DNA of 64,000 nt from NCBI GenBank assembly GCA_034530615.2, contig JAVRCV020000055.1, positions 39,617-103,616 on the forward strand, in the 5' to 3' direction. This document shows positions 34,144 to 43,657 of this stretch, piece after piece. The notes under the pieces were generated by a model. It was not told the origin of the DNA. It did not search any database and saw only the letters and a program-made list of their open reading frames with translations. Both the position numbers and the translations under genes were made by a program. Numbering within the stretch: position 1 is the stretch's first letter; every line of letters starts with the position of its first letter. The stretch comes from Aulosira sp. ZfuVER01 (GTDB taxonomy: Bacteria > Cyanobacteriota > Cyanobacteriia > Cyanobacteriales > Nostocaceae).

Positions 34144-35224
34144 ATGAAGAGTAAAACCGGATTGATCCCAGGCATCTACATTGCAAACAACGCCCAGAAA
34201 GGTACGCTCCCCTTCTTTACCGTGCAAGAAGATGGAGCGATCGCAACAACTGTGGAGATCTCCTCTGGTGTTGACGTGGAATATAGTGCCGCGTTTAATC
34301 TCTTTGCACCGAACAACTCACAAGTTTTGTTCTATGACGGGCATCTGGGACTTTTGCAACAAGACAAGCACTACCTCTGGGCGATCAACGAATCAAACCA
34401 CGAGGACAACATTCATCCTATGTGGCGAGAGGTGCGTCTAGCACTTAAAGCTATGCTACCGGGTGTGTATGAAGATCCCTTACATCCCGATATCCCCTTC
34501 CGCACGATGATGATTGGCGATCGTGGGCTAGAAAGTCGGGTGAAAGTACCACCACAATCTGCCGTACTGTTTTATGGCAATCGTGCCCTTAGGCGATCGC
34601 TGTGCTGTTAGGATGATGCTGTACAAGATGGAGTATGACGGACCCGCCTTTCCTTTTGATCTGACGCGCACTACGAATATTGCAGATATCATCGAAAACC
34701 ACTTTTATGATATGTGGAACCCTGCCTGTCTGCATTACAATCCAGAGGCAGGCAGAATCTACCACAGCAAGTGGACGGGTTTGTCTTTTGCCCATGAAGT
34801 TGAGGAAACAGATGACCCCGTAAACGATATGTCTCCCATATATGAACGAATGCGCATTCGCTATAAAGCACGCTCAGAAAGGTTTTGGTACACAACTGAG
34901 AATTCCGACAAACTGCTTTTCGTCCGCACAGGTATTAGCGATCGCGGTGGTGCGATCGATCTAGTCAACAAGCTAGAAAAACAATGCCAAGGGAAGCCAT
35001 TTCACCTCCTGCTTCTTTCTCCTCAAGCATCTGATGAGTTCTCAAATCTCCCTCATGTGCTGCATTATAATGTCGAGTTTAATCCCGATCGCATGTATGA
35101 CGATTTGGGACATTGGATGTACTGGAAAGAGGTGATGCGTGGAATTCTGGAATCCCTTGGTGTGTCTAGCAAAAACCTTTTCTGGTGTCCGCCAAATCCG
35201 CCAAAGGATACTTCAAAAAGTTAG
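34144..35224 (+). pseudogene. DUF1796-like (putative papain-like) protein split by a frameshift
   Basis: Deleting one T from TTTT at 34570-34573 fuses ORF 34144-34611 to ORF 34574-35224 (VLF-MAIVPLGDRC...FPFD). Confidence 0.65.
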
Positions 35225-35278
35225 GAGCGATCGCTCCTACTCTTTGACTGTTAACTGTTGACTGTCAACGCTCAACGC

Positions 35279-36163
35279 TTATATGCTAATGCTTAAAAGT
35301 TTGGCAACAGTAGGGAGAATTGTATTGCAAGCTTTGAACATCTCTGCTGCCGGAGGTAAAGCTGCTGCTGTTCCCCTCAAAATCTTGATTGCATTGCGGG
35401 CAACTTTTTGTATTGTGCTTTCTCCTGGTTTCTGTCCAGCCTCCGCTAAAACTTTGACTTGTTCTAATGCATCTGCTTTATCTTCAGAACTAAGTGCAGT
35501 TTCAGCCTCAATTACCTGCTGAAGACGGCTCAGTAATTCCATTAACTGTAGTGCATTCGGTTCATTAGTCTGTTGTAGCTGGCTGATTGTATTAGTAACA
35601 GTACCACTGATGTCGTTTCCAGCATACACGACATTACTGCCACTGCTGGCTTGGATATTGATTTGATGATTCTCAGACATTGTTCCTCCTTGGTTGTAGT
35701 ATTTTTCCACGTAAAATCCTGCGTTTGCTTGCTTAGGGTATTCTTCCGCTAATCTTGCGATCCCTTTTTTGCCAAGTGCTGTGACAAAATTACCCGTGAA
35801 TATTAGTGCCATACCGCCAAACCATCTAGGAATAGTAGCAGCAAGCATTTGTGAGAAAATCTGTTCCTTTCTGCGACCTTGTGCTTCTATCTGGCTCCAC
35901 CGTGCATCTGCCTCACGGTTAAAATCTTCAAAACTTTGACCAGGTTTTGATCGAGGCAAACTAGGATGGTCATCTGGTTTGATGAATTCTATAAACCCAG
36001 ATCCAAATACAAAAAAACCTGAGAAGAAAATAATCAGACCCGTTGTTGAGATGATCATTCCCAGGTATATGGCTGCTTTTCTAGAAGCTGGAATTGGCTG
36101 CTTAAATTCGATAGGGCTGGAGGTAGGCATAAGCTGCTGGGGGCTAGCAGAAAGATGATGCAA
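35279..36163 (-). CDS. Hypothetical membrane protein: two transmembrane helices plus a helical C-terminal domain
   Basis: 294-aa ORF; its C-terminus resembles a tail found on many cyanobacterial proteins. Confidence 0.65.
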   Translation of the reverse strand: MHHLSASPQQLMPTSSPIEFKQPIPASRKAAIYLGMIISTTGLIIFFSGFFVFGSGFIEFIKPDDHPSLPRSKPGQSFEDFNREADARWSQIEAQGRRKEQIFSQMLAATIPRWFGGMALIFTGNFVTALGKKGIARLAEEYPKQANAGFYVEKYYNQGGTMSENHQINIQASSGSNVVYAGNDISGTVTNTISQLQQTNEPNALQLMELLSRLQQVIEAETALSSEDKADALEQVKVLAEAGQKPGESTIQKVARNAIKILRGTAAALPPAAEMFKACNTILPTVAKLLSISI

Positions 36164-36321
36164 ATTGGGGAGTAGTGAAACTGCTCAGAACATTTTTCTA
36201 CCTACATTGATACAAAGTGGAACTAGCAAGTTCCGGAAAACACTTAGTTTCTGTATACATTAGGGTTATCCTGGTAAATAAGCGGAGGGTTGCGTTAAGG
36301 CGTCGCTTTCTAATTTTATAG

Positions 36322-36884
36322 TTAATTAAGGACTGAATATGCCCGAAATAGCTCAACCACTGTCGGCTTAGTCACTTTTCCCATAGCGTTGCGTGGTAAT
36401 TCTTCAACTATCAAAATTCAGGTTGGTATTTTATAAACTGCCAATTGCTCTTTTGCCCAACTCCGAAAAGATTCTAATGTCAACTGGCGTCGCGATTTTA
36501 ATACCAACGCAGCACAGACTCGCTCACCCCACTCTGGATCGGCAACTCCAACCACTGCACATTCCTGAATATCTGGATGCGATCGCATACTCCAATTCTG
36601 GTCGCGGGTGGGAAATACACAGAGGTACGGCTATTCCGCCAGCGCGCCAAATTCCCCACTGTGTAGCTACATACTCAAACCCAGGCGGGATCAGAAATGC
36701 AACTCGTTGCTCTTGTAAATCTTCTGCATCCTTCAGCAAAAATGTTGCTATTTGACTGGATGTGTGCAGCAAATCCCCATAGGTAAATGCTCTTTCAATT
36801 TGTAGCGTTGGCGCAGCCTCTCGGAACGAGAATCGCTATTTTCTCGTTATGTTCTTGAGCACGAGTAATTAAGGAGAGATTCAC
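36322..36884 (-). pseudogene. Acyl-CoA synthetase with a large internal deletion
   Basis: N-terminus (MNLSLITRA...GIWRAGGIAVPL...ELEY) is joined at a HIP1 site (36579-36586) to the C-terminus (HPDIQECAVVGVADPEWGERV...LPRNAMGKV). Also has a frameshift, an internal stop and an SDR insertion. Confidence 0.85.
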
Positions 36885-37036
36885 TTTTCTTTACCAATTG
36901 ATGGTTGATTCAGTCTAGTTAGTGAAAGAATACAGCAATCTCAAATGCTTTTTTAACTCTCGTAATTGTATTTATAAAATCTGCTAAAAAATGCTCCTTA
37001 ACAGGTTGATAATCATCAAACCGATATATCATAAAG

Positions 37037-37336
37037 ATGACTTTACAAAAATCTACAATGATAGAACGCCCAATTAAAAAATCGGATCGTCAGCCCCAAG
37101 CAAATACTGACGAAAATTTGGATTCTGTGCTTCCTATAGAGTCCAATCCTAAAGGCTCAAAACCAAGCGGTAATCGCTCCTCTGGTAAAGGAAAAAAAGC
37201 ATCTTTTGGTGATGAAAGCAAGCAGCAGGTTAGCGCTGCACTAGTGCGTGGACCGAAACCTGTTAAACCTAAAATTAATGTCAAAACAGACCCTGAAACT
37301 GAATCAGAACCTATCTCTGAAGAGTCTCAAGATTAA
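37037..37336 (+). CDS. Hypothetical disordered protein
   Basis: ERPIKKS...ALVRGPKP motifs; true start may be the second Met. Confidence 0.6.
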   Translation: MTLQKSTMIERPIKKSDRQPQANTDENLDSVLPIESNPKGSKPSGNRSSGKGKKASFGDESKQQVSAALVRGPKPVKPKINVKTDPETESEPISEESQD

Positions 37337-37364
37337 TTAAGGACGAGCTAAGGAGCCGTAACTA

Positions 37365-37726
37365 GTGAAAACAGATAAGCTGAGAAACAATCAGCTTTTA
37401 GATCAAGCCTACAAGTAGTATCTCACCTACTTGCAGGCTATTGATACCAAGAACATTGAAGTGTACGGCACTTTCTTAACCAATGATTGTGTAATGCAAT
37501 CCAATAATCATCCTCCTGTTCAAGGCAAGGCTGCCATTTTGCAGGGTCTATCTAATTACTGAACTACCTTTGATAACTTGACTTCTACAGCGCAGCTATT
37601 GCCGCAGGTGGTCGCGATAACGGTAGTCCTGGCCTTCGATCTCACTACCATCCAAACTACTATGCGGCTTTCGTTCTCGATCCAGATGGACACAAAATTG
37701 AAGCGGTCTACCATGAGCCTGCATGA
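37365..37726 (+). pseudogene. Chimeric remnant: SnoaL/NTF2-like 5' part joined to a VOC/glyoxalase 3' part
   Basis: YLQAIDTKNIE...PPVQGKAAI with two stops, then FYSAAIAAGGRDNG.PG.R..YHPNYYAAFVLDPDGHKIEAV. Confidence 0.7.
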
Positions 37727-37780
37727 GCAGCATCTTCTACTTTGAAGTAATTTAGAGTGCGATCGCCTCTAATTCAGCCC

Positions 37781-38602
37781 CTAATCCCGTCTGTGCTTTG
37801 TCATCCCTCGCATCACCTGTCCCATGATCTGAACACGCATCCACCGTGGCAACGGCATGAGCGAGTACGTAAGCAGCTTCGATAACAAGCCAGGCAAAAC
37901 CACAGACTTGCGCCCTAAAGCATCTAGGGTTGGCTGTGCGACATCAACAGGGTTTAACGCCATACCCATCCGCATGTTAGCACGGGCAGCGAAGCCACTA
38001 TTAGTAGGCCCAGGCGCGGACGCTATAACATCAACTCCTGCAGGAGCGAGTTCCACATGCAGCGCCTCGGCTAGGGTATGGACATAGGCCTTGGTTGCTG
38101 CATAATGCGCGGCGTTTGGCATCCCTTGAAAACCCACGATTGAACTCATCAGCACCATCCCACCTCGACCACGTTTAGCGAAGCGTCGCCCAAAATACCA
38201 GATCAACGCCACAAGTGAGCGGCAGTTAACGTTGAGCATTTCCAGTTCTTGCTCTAATGCGGAATCAAGAAACGAACCCGATGTGCCAAAGCCCGCAGCC
38301 GCAACCAGCAAACCGACATCCAGTCCGCCAGTCACCGCCGCCAAGGTTTCAACCCCAGTCTCGCGGGCTAAGTCAAGGCTGATTACTTGAGATTCGATCC
38401 CATATTTCGCAGCTAAATCAGCGGACATCTGCTCCAGCACGGCTTGGCTTCGTGCGATCAACACGAGGTTCAATCCGGATTCGGCGAGTCGGAGTGCCAT
38501 CTCGCGCCCAATCCCCGAAGAGGCACCAGTGACGATCGCCCAAGGGCCATACCGGGTGCGGAACCGCTCTTTCCGAAAACTTTGAGACTGCATTTGCTTC
38601 AT
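37781..38602 (-). CDS. Short-chain dehydrogenase/reductase
   Basis: TGASSGIG and YAATK motifs; visibly GC-richer than its flanks. Confidence 0.92.
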   Translation of the reverse strand: MKQMQSQSFRKERFRTRYGPWAIVTGASSGIGREMALRLAESGLNLVLIARSQAVLEQMSADLAAKYGIESQVISLDLARETGVETLAAVTGGLDVGLLVAAAGFGTSGSFLDSALEQELEMLNVNCRSLVALIWYFGRRFAKRGRGGMVLMSSIVGFQGMPNAAHYAATKAYVHTLAEALHVELAPAGVDVIASAPGPTNSGFAARANMRMGMALNPVDVAQPTLDALGRKSVVLPGLLSKLLTYSLMPLPRWMRVQIMGQVMRGMTKHRRD

Positions 38603-38862
38603 CCTCTCATGCTGTAAAAAATGTTTTTTGGCAAAAGTATTTTATTAACATAACAAGCTTGCCATTCAATTTTGACCCAAATAATTAAAACGGCAGGATG
38701 CATCATCTTGCATTTTTGCGATTAAACGGCAAAGTTTTAGAACATAAATATTTTATTTTTGTTCAATAAAAATTTATAACTAACGCTTAAATAATTTTTC
38801 TCTACCCTAAAATCAACAGATATTAAGCCTCAATTCAGTTATAAATTCTGAGGAGAATCAAC

Positions 38863-39108
38863 ATGGAAAAGCACAAAAGAAGTTACAACGGTCATCTAGA
38901 AATTAACAGCCTAATTGATGATGCTGTAAATAATGCGATCGCAAGACGCAATCAAGGTTTGGATTCAGAAGATACTTTGGCAGATGTATCTGATGAAGAA
39001 GCGAAAAATGTTGCAGGTGGTCTAGCATCTACAACTACAACCATTGGTTTGATTGCTAAACCTCCGATTGTTGTAGGCATCATTGCCATCCCAACTGAAA
39101 CTATTTAG
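38863..39108 (+). CDS. Putative RiPP precursor, leader class 1 (double-glycine)
   Basis: GAGGAG ribosome-binding site; ...DVSDEEAKNVAGG followed by core LASTTTTIGLIAKPPIVVGIIAIPTETI. Confidence 0.7.
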   Translation: MEKHKRSYNGHLEINSLIDDAVNNAIARRNQGLDSEDTLADVSDEEAKNVAGGLASTTTTIGLIAKPPIVVGIIAIPTETI

Positions 39109-39140
39109 CCATCAAGATTCTCTTCGCTGAGGCGCAATTA

Positions 39141-39578
39141 ATGGAAAACATTGCTGCTGAAAAAACTACACTTTGCCCCAGTGCTAGACCTGAACCTAAG
39201 AATAGTGTGGTTTTCGGTATCATCAGTGGAACAATAGCAGAACCTCGTGTAGCTTATCTAAAGCAGCCCCAAACACTCACAGATGAACTCATCGCCAAAG
39301 CTAGCCCAATTACACCCGCTGAAATTTTTCGCACAGCCTCACCTTGTGCCACAAAAGGTTGCCAACATTTTGATGGACAAGATTGTCGTCTAGCTACGCG
39401 CATTGTCGAAAAGTTACCTGCGATCGCAGAGGAATTACCCCCTTGTCCTATACGCCGAGATTGTCGGTGGTGGCAGCAAGAAGGTAAGGCGGCTTGTATG
39501 CGTTGTCCTCAGGTAATTACAGATAACTACAATGCCTCTGAACTAGCAATTGAAGTAGCAATACCAACTGCTATTTAA
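39141..39578 (+). CDS. Cys-rich protein of unknown function (8 Cys)
   Basis: CPSA, Cx4C-x7-C, Cx5C and Cx2C; lies between precursor genes. Confidence 0.75.
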   Translation: MENIAAEKTTLCPSARPEPKNSVVFGIISGTIAEPRVAYLKQPQTLTDELIAKASPITPAEIFRTASPCATKGCQHFDGQDCRLATRIVEKLPAIAEELPPCPIRRDCRWWQQEGKAACMRCPQVITDNYNASELAIEVAIPTAI

Positions 39579-39597
39579 CTAATCTCAGGAGCAGATT

Positions 39598-39906
39598 ATG
39601 TCCTTAGAAAATGTTAGATCTTTCTACGAAAGACTAGCATCTGATGAAGCTTTCCGTACCCAAATACAAAGTGTAGAAAGCAAGGAAGCAGGTAGAGAAA
39701 TCCTGCAAAATGCTGGTTTTGATTTCACCAAAGAAGAGTTTGAAGAATATACGGCTCAATTATTAGAGTCAGAGAATGAACTTCAAGATGTAGATCCAGC
39801 AGAACTAGCATCTGTAGTTGGTGGATTAGTTGGATTATATCCCATATTTTTCTTAATTTATGGAGCGCCAAGTGGTCTGTGGAATTACACAAATCTCTTG
39901 CCTTAA
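39598..39906 (+). CDS. Nif11-leader RiPP precursor (spliceotide-like)
   Basis: Nif11 leader (MSLENV..FYE.L..DEAF...AGFDFT.EE), ELASVVGG, core containing LIYG. Confidence 0.9.
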   Translation: MSLENVRSFYERLASDEAFRTQIQSVESKEAGREILQNAGFDFTKEEFEEYTAQLLESENELQDVDPAELASVVGGLVGLYPIFFLIYGAPSGLWNYTNLLP

Positions 39907-39971
39907 TTAAGAAAAACCTGCTTTTAAAGTTGACCCAGTTGTAGAGTTAAATAACTACTAGGAGTTATTTT

Positions 39972-40310
39972 ATGTGCCTAGAAAATGTCAGAGATTTTTA
40001 CAAAAAGCTAGCAAATGATGAGGCTTTCCGTACTCAAATGCAAGCTGTTGGAAGTAAGGATGAATGTAGCCAAGTTGTCAAAAACGCTGGCTTTGATTTT
40101 ACTCAAGAAGAATTTGAAGAATATACAAGTCAATTATTAGAATCAAATGCGGATGAGAGTGAACTAAAGGATTTAGGCGAAAAAGAACTAGAAGCCGTTT
40201 TTGGTGGCATTCTTGGTAAGCCGATAATCCAGCCTTTATATGGAGTTACTTGGTGGCCGCCTATTTATGTTCAGCCTTTGTATGGAGTTATTACGACCGA
40301 TAATGTCTAG
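39972..40310 (+). CDS. Nif11-leader RiPP precursor (spliceotide-like) with two QPLYGV motifs
   Basis: ELEAVFGG followed by core ILGKPIIQPLYGVTWWPPIYVQPLYGVITTDNV. Confidence 0.92.
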   Translation: MCLENVRDFYKKLANDEAFRTQMQAVGSKDECSQVVKNAGFDFTQEEFEEYTSQLLESNADESELKDLGEKELEAVFGGILGKPIIQPLYGVTWWPPIYVQPLYGVITTDNV

Positions 40311-40398
40311 AACAGCTTAACAAGAAGCTCAAGGTATGGGGACAGATGAGAATATATCCGTCCCCTTGTAGAGAAATTGATTAAGGGAGTTTACTCTC

Positions 40399-41655
40399 AT
40401 GTCCTATCGCAGAATTAGCTATGCGGTTTGGGAAATTACCTTAAAGTGCAATCTTGCTTGTCAGCATTGTGGTTCTCGCGCTGGCCATACAAGAACAAAA
40501 GAATTATCCACCGCCGAAGCCCTTGATTTGGTCAAACAAATGGCGGAAGTTGGGATTACAGAAGTAACAATAATTGGTGGTGAGGCTTTTCTACGTTCTG
40601 ATTGGTTAGAAATTGCCCAAGCAATTACCAAAGCAGGAATGCTTTGTGGTATGACTACCGGAGGCTATGGTATCACTCTAGACACAGCCCATAAAATGAA
40701 GGAAGCTGGAATTAATGTGGTTTCTGTGTCTGTTGATGGCTTAGAAGCAACTCACGATCGCATCCGTGGTAGACAAGGTTCATGGCAATGGGCGTTTAAA
40801 ACCATGAGTCACCTTAAGCAAGCGGGTATTCCCTTCGGTTGCAATACACAAATCAATCGCCTATCTGCACCAGAATTTCCTCGTATTTATGAACATCTGC
40901 GCGACGCAGGAATCTTCGCTTGGCAAATTCAATTAACTGTACCGATGGGGAATGCAGCCGATAATAACGAGATTCTGCTGCAACCTTATGAATTACTGGA
41001 TGTATACCCAATGATTGCGCGTGTTGCTCAACGAGCCAAGCAAGAAGGGGTACAGGTACAGCCAGGGAATAACATCGGTTACTATGGCCCTTATGAGCGA
41101 TTTTTACGAGGCGGCGATGCTTGGACTTTTTGGCAAGGGTGCAGTGCTGGATTGTCTGCTTTAGGAATTGAAGCCGATGGGGCGATTAAAGGTTGCCCTT
41201 CACTACCAACTACAGCTTACACCGGTGGAAATATCCGCGATCGCTCTTTGCGCAGCATCATTGAAGAAACAGAAGAACTGCGGTTTAATTTGGGCGCTGG
41301 TACTCCCAAGGGTACAGAACATTTGTGGGGTTTCTGCAAAACTTGTGAATTTGCCGAACTATGTCGAGGTGGTTGCAGTTGGACTGCACACGTCTTTTTT
41401 GACAAACGAGGTAACAATCCCTATTGCCATCATCGTGCCCTCACTCAACAAAAACAAGGTATCCGCGAACGAGTGTTTCTCCAACGTAGTGCTGATGGTA
41501 ATCCCTTTGATAATGGAGAATTCGCTTTAGTAGAAGAGCCTATTAATGCTCCTTGGCCAGAAAACGATCCGCTTCACTTTACTGCCGATCGCATTCAATG
41601 GCCAGAAAGTTGGCAAGAAGAATTATCGCTACCATCGTTAGTTGTTTTGAGTTAA
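40399..41655 (+). CDS. Radical SAM/SPASM maturase, PlpX/PcpX-like splicease
   Basis: CNLACQHC, GGE, SPASM cysteines (C..G...IKGCPS...CKTC...LCRGGC...YC); adjacent to XYG-containing Nif11 precursors. Confidence 0.88.
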   Translation: MSYRRISYAVWEITLKCNLACQHCGSRAGHTRTKELSTAEALDLVKQMAEVGITEVTIIGGEAFLRSDWLEIAQAITKAGMLCGMTTGGYGITLDTAHKMKEAGINVVSVSVDGLEATHDRIRGRQGSWQWAFKTMSHLKQAGIPFGCNTQINRLSAPEFPRIYEHLRDAGIFAWQIQLTVPMGNAADNNEILLQPYELLDVYPMIARVAQRAKQEGVQVQPGNNIGYYGPYERFLRGGDAWTFWQGCSAGLSALGIEADGAIKGCPSLPTTAYTGGNIRDRSLRSIIEETEELRFNLGAGTPKGTEHLWGFCKTCEFAELCRGGCSWTAHVFFDKRGNNPYCHHRALTQQKQGIRERVFLQRSADGNPFDNGEFALVEEPINAPWPENDPLHFTADRIQWPESWQEELSLPSLVVLS

Positions 41656-41679
41656 ATCAAGTTCAGCAATCTGAATCTT

Positions 41680-41874
41680 ATGCATGATAGCTCTAGCGAT
41701 CATCTGCCTACAACAGATGGCGATCGCTCTCCATCTGAATTAGGCTCTCAAGAACCTCTTTTACCTCGTTTAGCTTGGAACAGTCAAATAGCTTATATGC
41801 GAGTTGTTTTTAAAGCTAAAAAGGCTTTAGATCGCATCGAGCAAGAAGCAGGTATTTTGATAATCAACAAATAA
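41680..41874 (+). CDS. PlpY/PcpY-like small splicease partner
   Basis: 64 aa directly after the radical SAM gene; LPR..W.....KAK..L pattern as recalled for PlpY. Confidence 0.65.
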   Translation: MHDSSSDHLPTTDGDRSPSELGSQEPLLPRLAWNSQIAYMRVVFKAKKALDRIEQEAGILIINK

Positions 41875-41902
41875 CTTTTTGATAAATCTTCAAAATTTAT
41901 TT

Positions 41903-42100
41903 ATGTCTAGAATAAGAGTTTCCGACTTAAATTCTGCTGGTTCTGAGTTTTTTCAAGATTCTGAGACTTTTCTCTTAGACTTAAAAGATGATGAACTTTG
42001 TATGCAACATGGTGGAATTTTTATTACCACTAACATCAGTGTAATTAACGTTCCTATTTCGGAAGATATTTTTGCTCAGTCTATTTCCTTCATTCGGTGA
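41903..42100 (+). CDS. Putative RiPP precursor, leader class 3
   Basis: I.VSDL...GSEFF.DSETFL.DL.DDEL....GG leader shared with the 46839-48146 peptides; Ser/Thr-rich core. Confidence 0.75.
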   Translation: MSRIRVSDLNSAGSEFFQDSETFLLDLKDDELCMQHGGIFITTNISVINVPISEDIFAQSISFIR

Positions 42101-42498
42101 TTGAAAATTGACAACTGGTTTAGCGGCTATTTATGCCTCTAACCTTACCTCTGTAAATACCTACCCGCCCATAATCTGAAGAATCACGATTGCTGGACAA
42201 TACTAAAACAATTATGTTCCAAAAACATAATTATTCTAGTTGCTTTAACAATAGTTAAATGTCAAACTTTCAAATATAGCGATCGCATAATATCTAATCT
42301 CGAAACAGATTCCAACTCAACTCAAAAACCACACCGAGGTTTTATTGCTTTGTTTTCGCTGTAGGTTATTTCTAACAATAAACCCTCACTAGCCATGAGG
42401 GTTTGTTACTTAAATATTTAAAAAATTATTTCACTAGCAATATTGAATTTTAAACCAAGCATTTAAAGTTATAAAAATTGTTTAGACATTTCAAGGTT

Positions 42499-43632
42499 AT
42501 GAAATTCATTTTAAACTCCGATAATGTTTTTGCTTATTTAATTGAGCAGGACGTATGTAATCAATCTGATGCAATTCCCTGCACGATAGAACCAATAACT
42601 GCAAAAAACTTTAATTTATTACTAAGTCTTGCAGATAGTCGTAAGCTTCTTGTTAAGCAAGAACGACATAATCAAGAAGGTAAAACTGCTGGTGAGTTTT
42701 TGGCTGAGTGGAGAATTCAAAAGTTTTTACAGCAATTTCCCAAACTTAATAACTATCAGCATTTTTTGCCAGAAGTACTGCATTTTGATCGAGACAATTC
42801 CATTATTGTCTTTAGATACCTAGACGATTATCGGGATTTAATGGATTTTTACACCAAAGAAAACTCCTTCCCTACAGAAATTGCCACAGCAATTGGCACT
42901 ATCTTAGGCACCATCCATCGTGATACTTTTAACAACCAAGAATATCAAGAATTTTTCTCTAACCCTTCAGATAATCTCATGGTTGATCAAGTATCGTACT
43001 TGGTGCGGAGATTGGAAAGAGTTGAACCAGAGATTTTTGGCTTGATACCTGATGATGGGTTAAAGTTCTTTGCCCTCTATCAGCGTTATGATAGCTTAGG
43101 AGAAGCGATCGCAGAACTAGGTAATGCTGTAATTCCTTCTTGTTTGACGCACAATGACCTGAAACTGAATAATATCCTGCTGCAAAAAGATTGGCAGTTT
43201 TCCAGTAATCATACAATCCGCTTAATTGATTGGGAACGCTCTGCTTGGGGAGATCCAGCATTTGATTTGGGAACACTGATTGGTAGCTATGTGCAAATCT
43301 GGCTGGGTAGCTTAGTCATTAGTAATTCTTTGAGTATTGAAGAATCTCTGCGTTTAGCAATTACGCCTTTAGAACTACTTCAGCCTTCAATTGGCGTATT
43401 AACCCAAGCTTATTTAACTAGCTTTCCAAAAATTGTAGAAAACCGCCCCGACTTTTTACAGCGAGTAGTGCAATTTACAGGTTTTGCTTTAATACAACAA
43501 ATTCAGGCAATGATTCAATATCAAAAATACTTTGGCAATACAGGAATTGCAATGCTTCAGGTTGCTAAAACATTATTATGTCGTCCTGTACAATCCATGC
43601 CAACAATTTTTGGTACTGCTGCTGTTATATAA
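42499..43632 (+). CDS. APH-like peptide kinase (LanK/TvaC-like)
   Basis: LLVKQE, HNDLKLNNIL, IDWE and GDPAFDLG motifs. Confidence 0.85.
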   Translation: MKFILNSDNVFAYLIEQDVCNQSDAIPCTIEPITAKNFNLLLSLADSRKLLVKQERHNQEGKTAGEFLAEWRIQKFLQQFPKLNNYQHFLPEVLHFDRDNSIIVFRYLDDYRDLMDFYTKENSFPTEIATAIGTILGTIHRDTFNNQEYQEFFSNPSDNLMVDQVSYLVRRLERVEPEIFGLIPDDGLKFFALYQRYDSLGEAIAELGNAVIPSCLTHNDLKLNNILLQKDWQFSSNHTIRLIDWERSAWGDPAFDLGTLIGSYVQIWLGSLVISNSLSIEESLRLAITPLELLQPSIGVLTQAYLTSFPKIVENRPDFLQRVVQFTGFALIQQIQAMIQYQKYFGNTGIAMLQVAKTLLCRPVQSMPTIFGTAAVI

Positions 43633-43657
43633 ATCATTTCATTGCAACTAAATAATT

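Noticed and set aside
36393..36755. 120-aa plus-strand ORF
   Set aside because: Antisense to the acyl-CoA synthetase pseudogene.
39598..40310. Nif11 proteins as nitrogen-fixation genes
   Set aside because: Nif11 here is a RiPP leader with GG cleavage sites; no nif genes are present.
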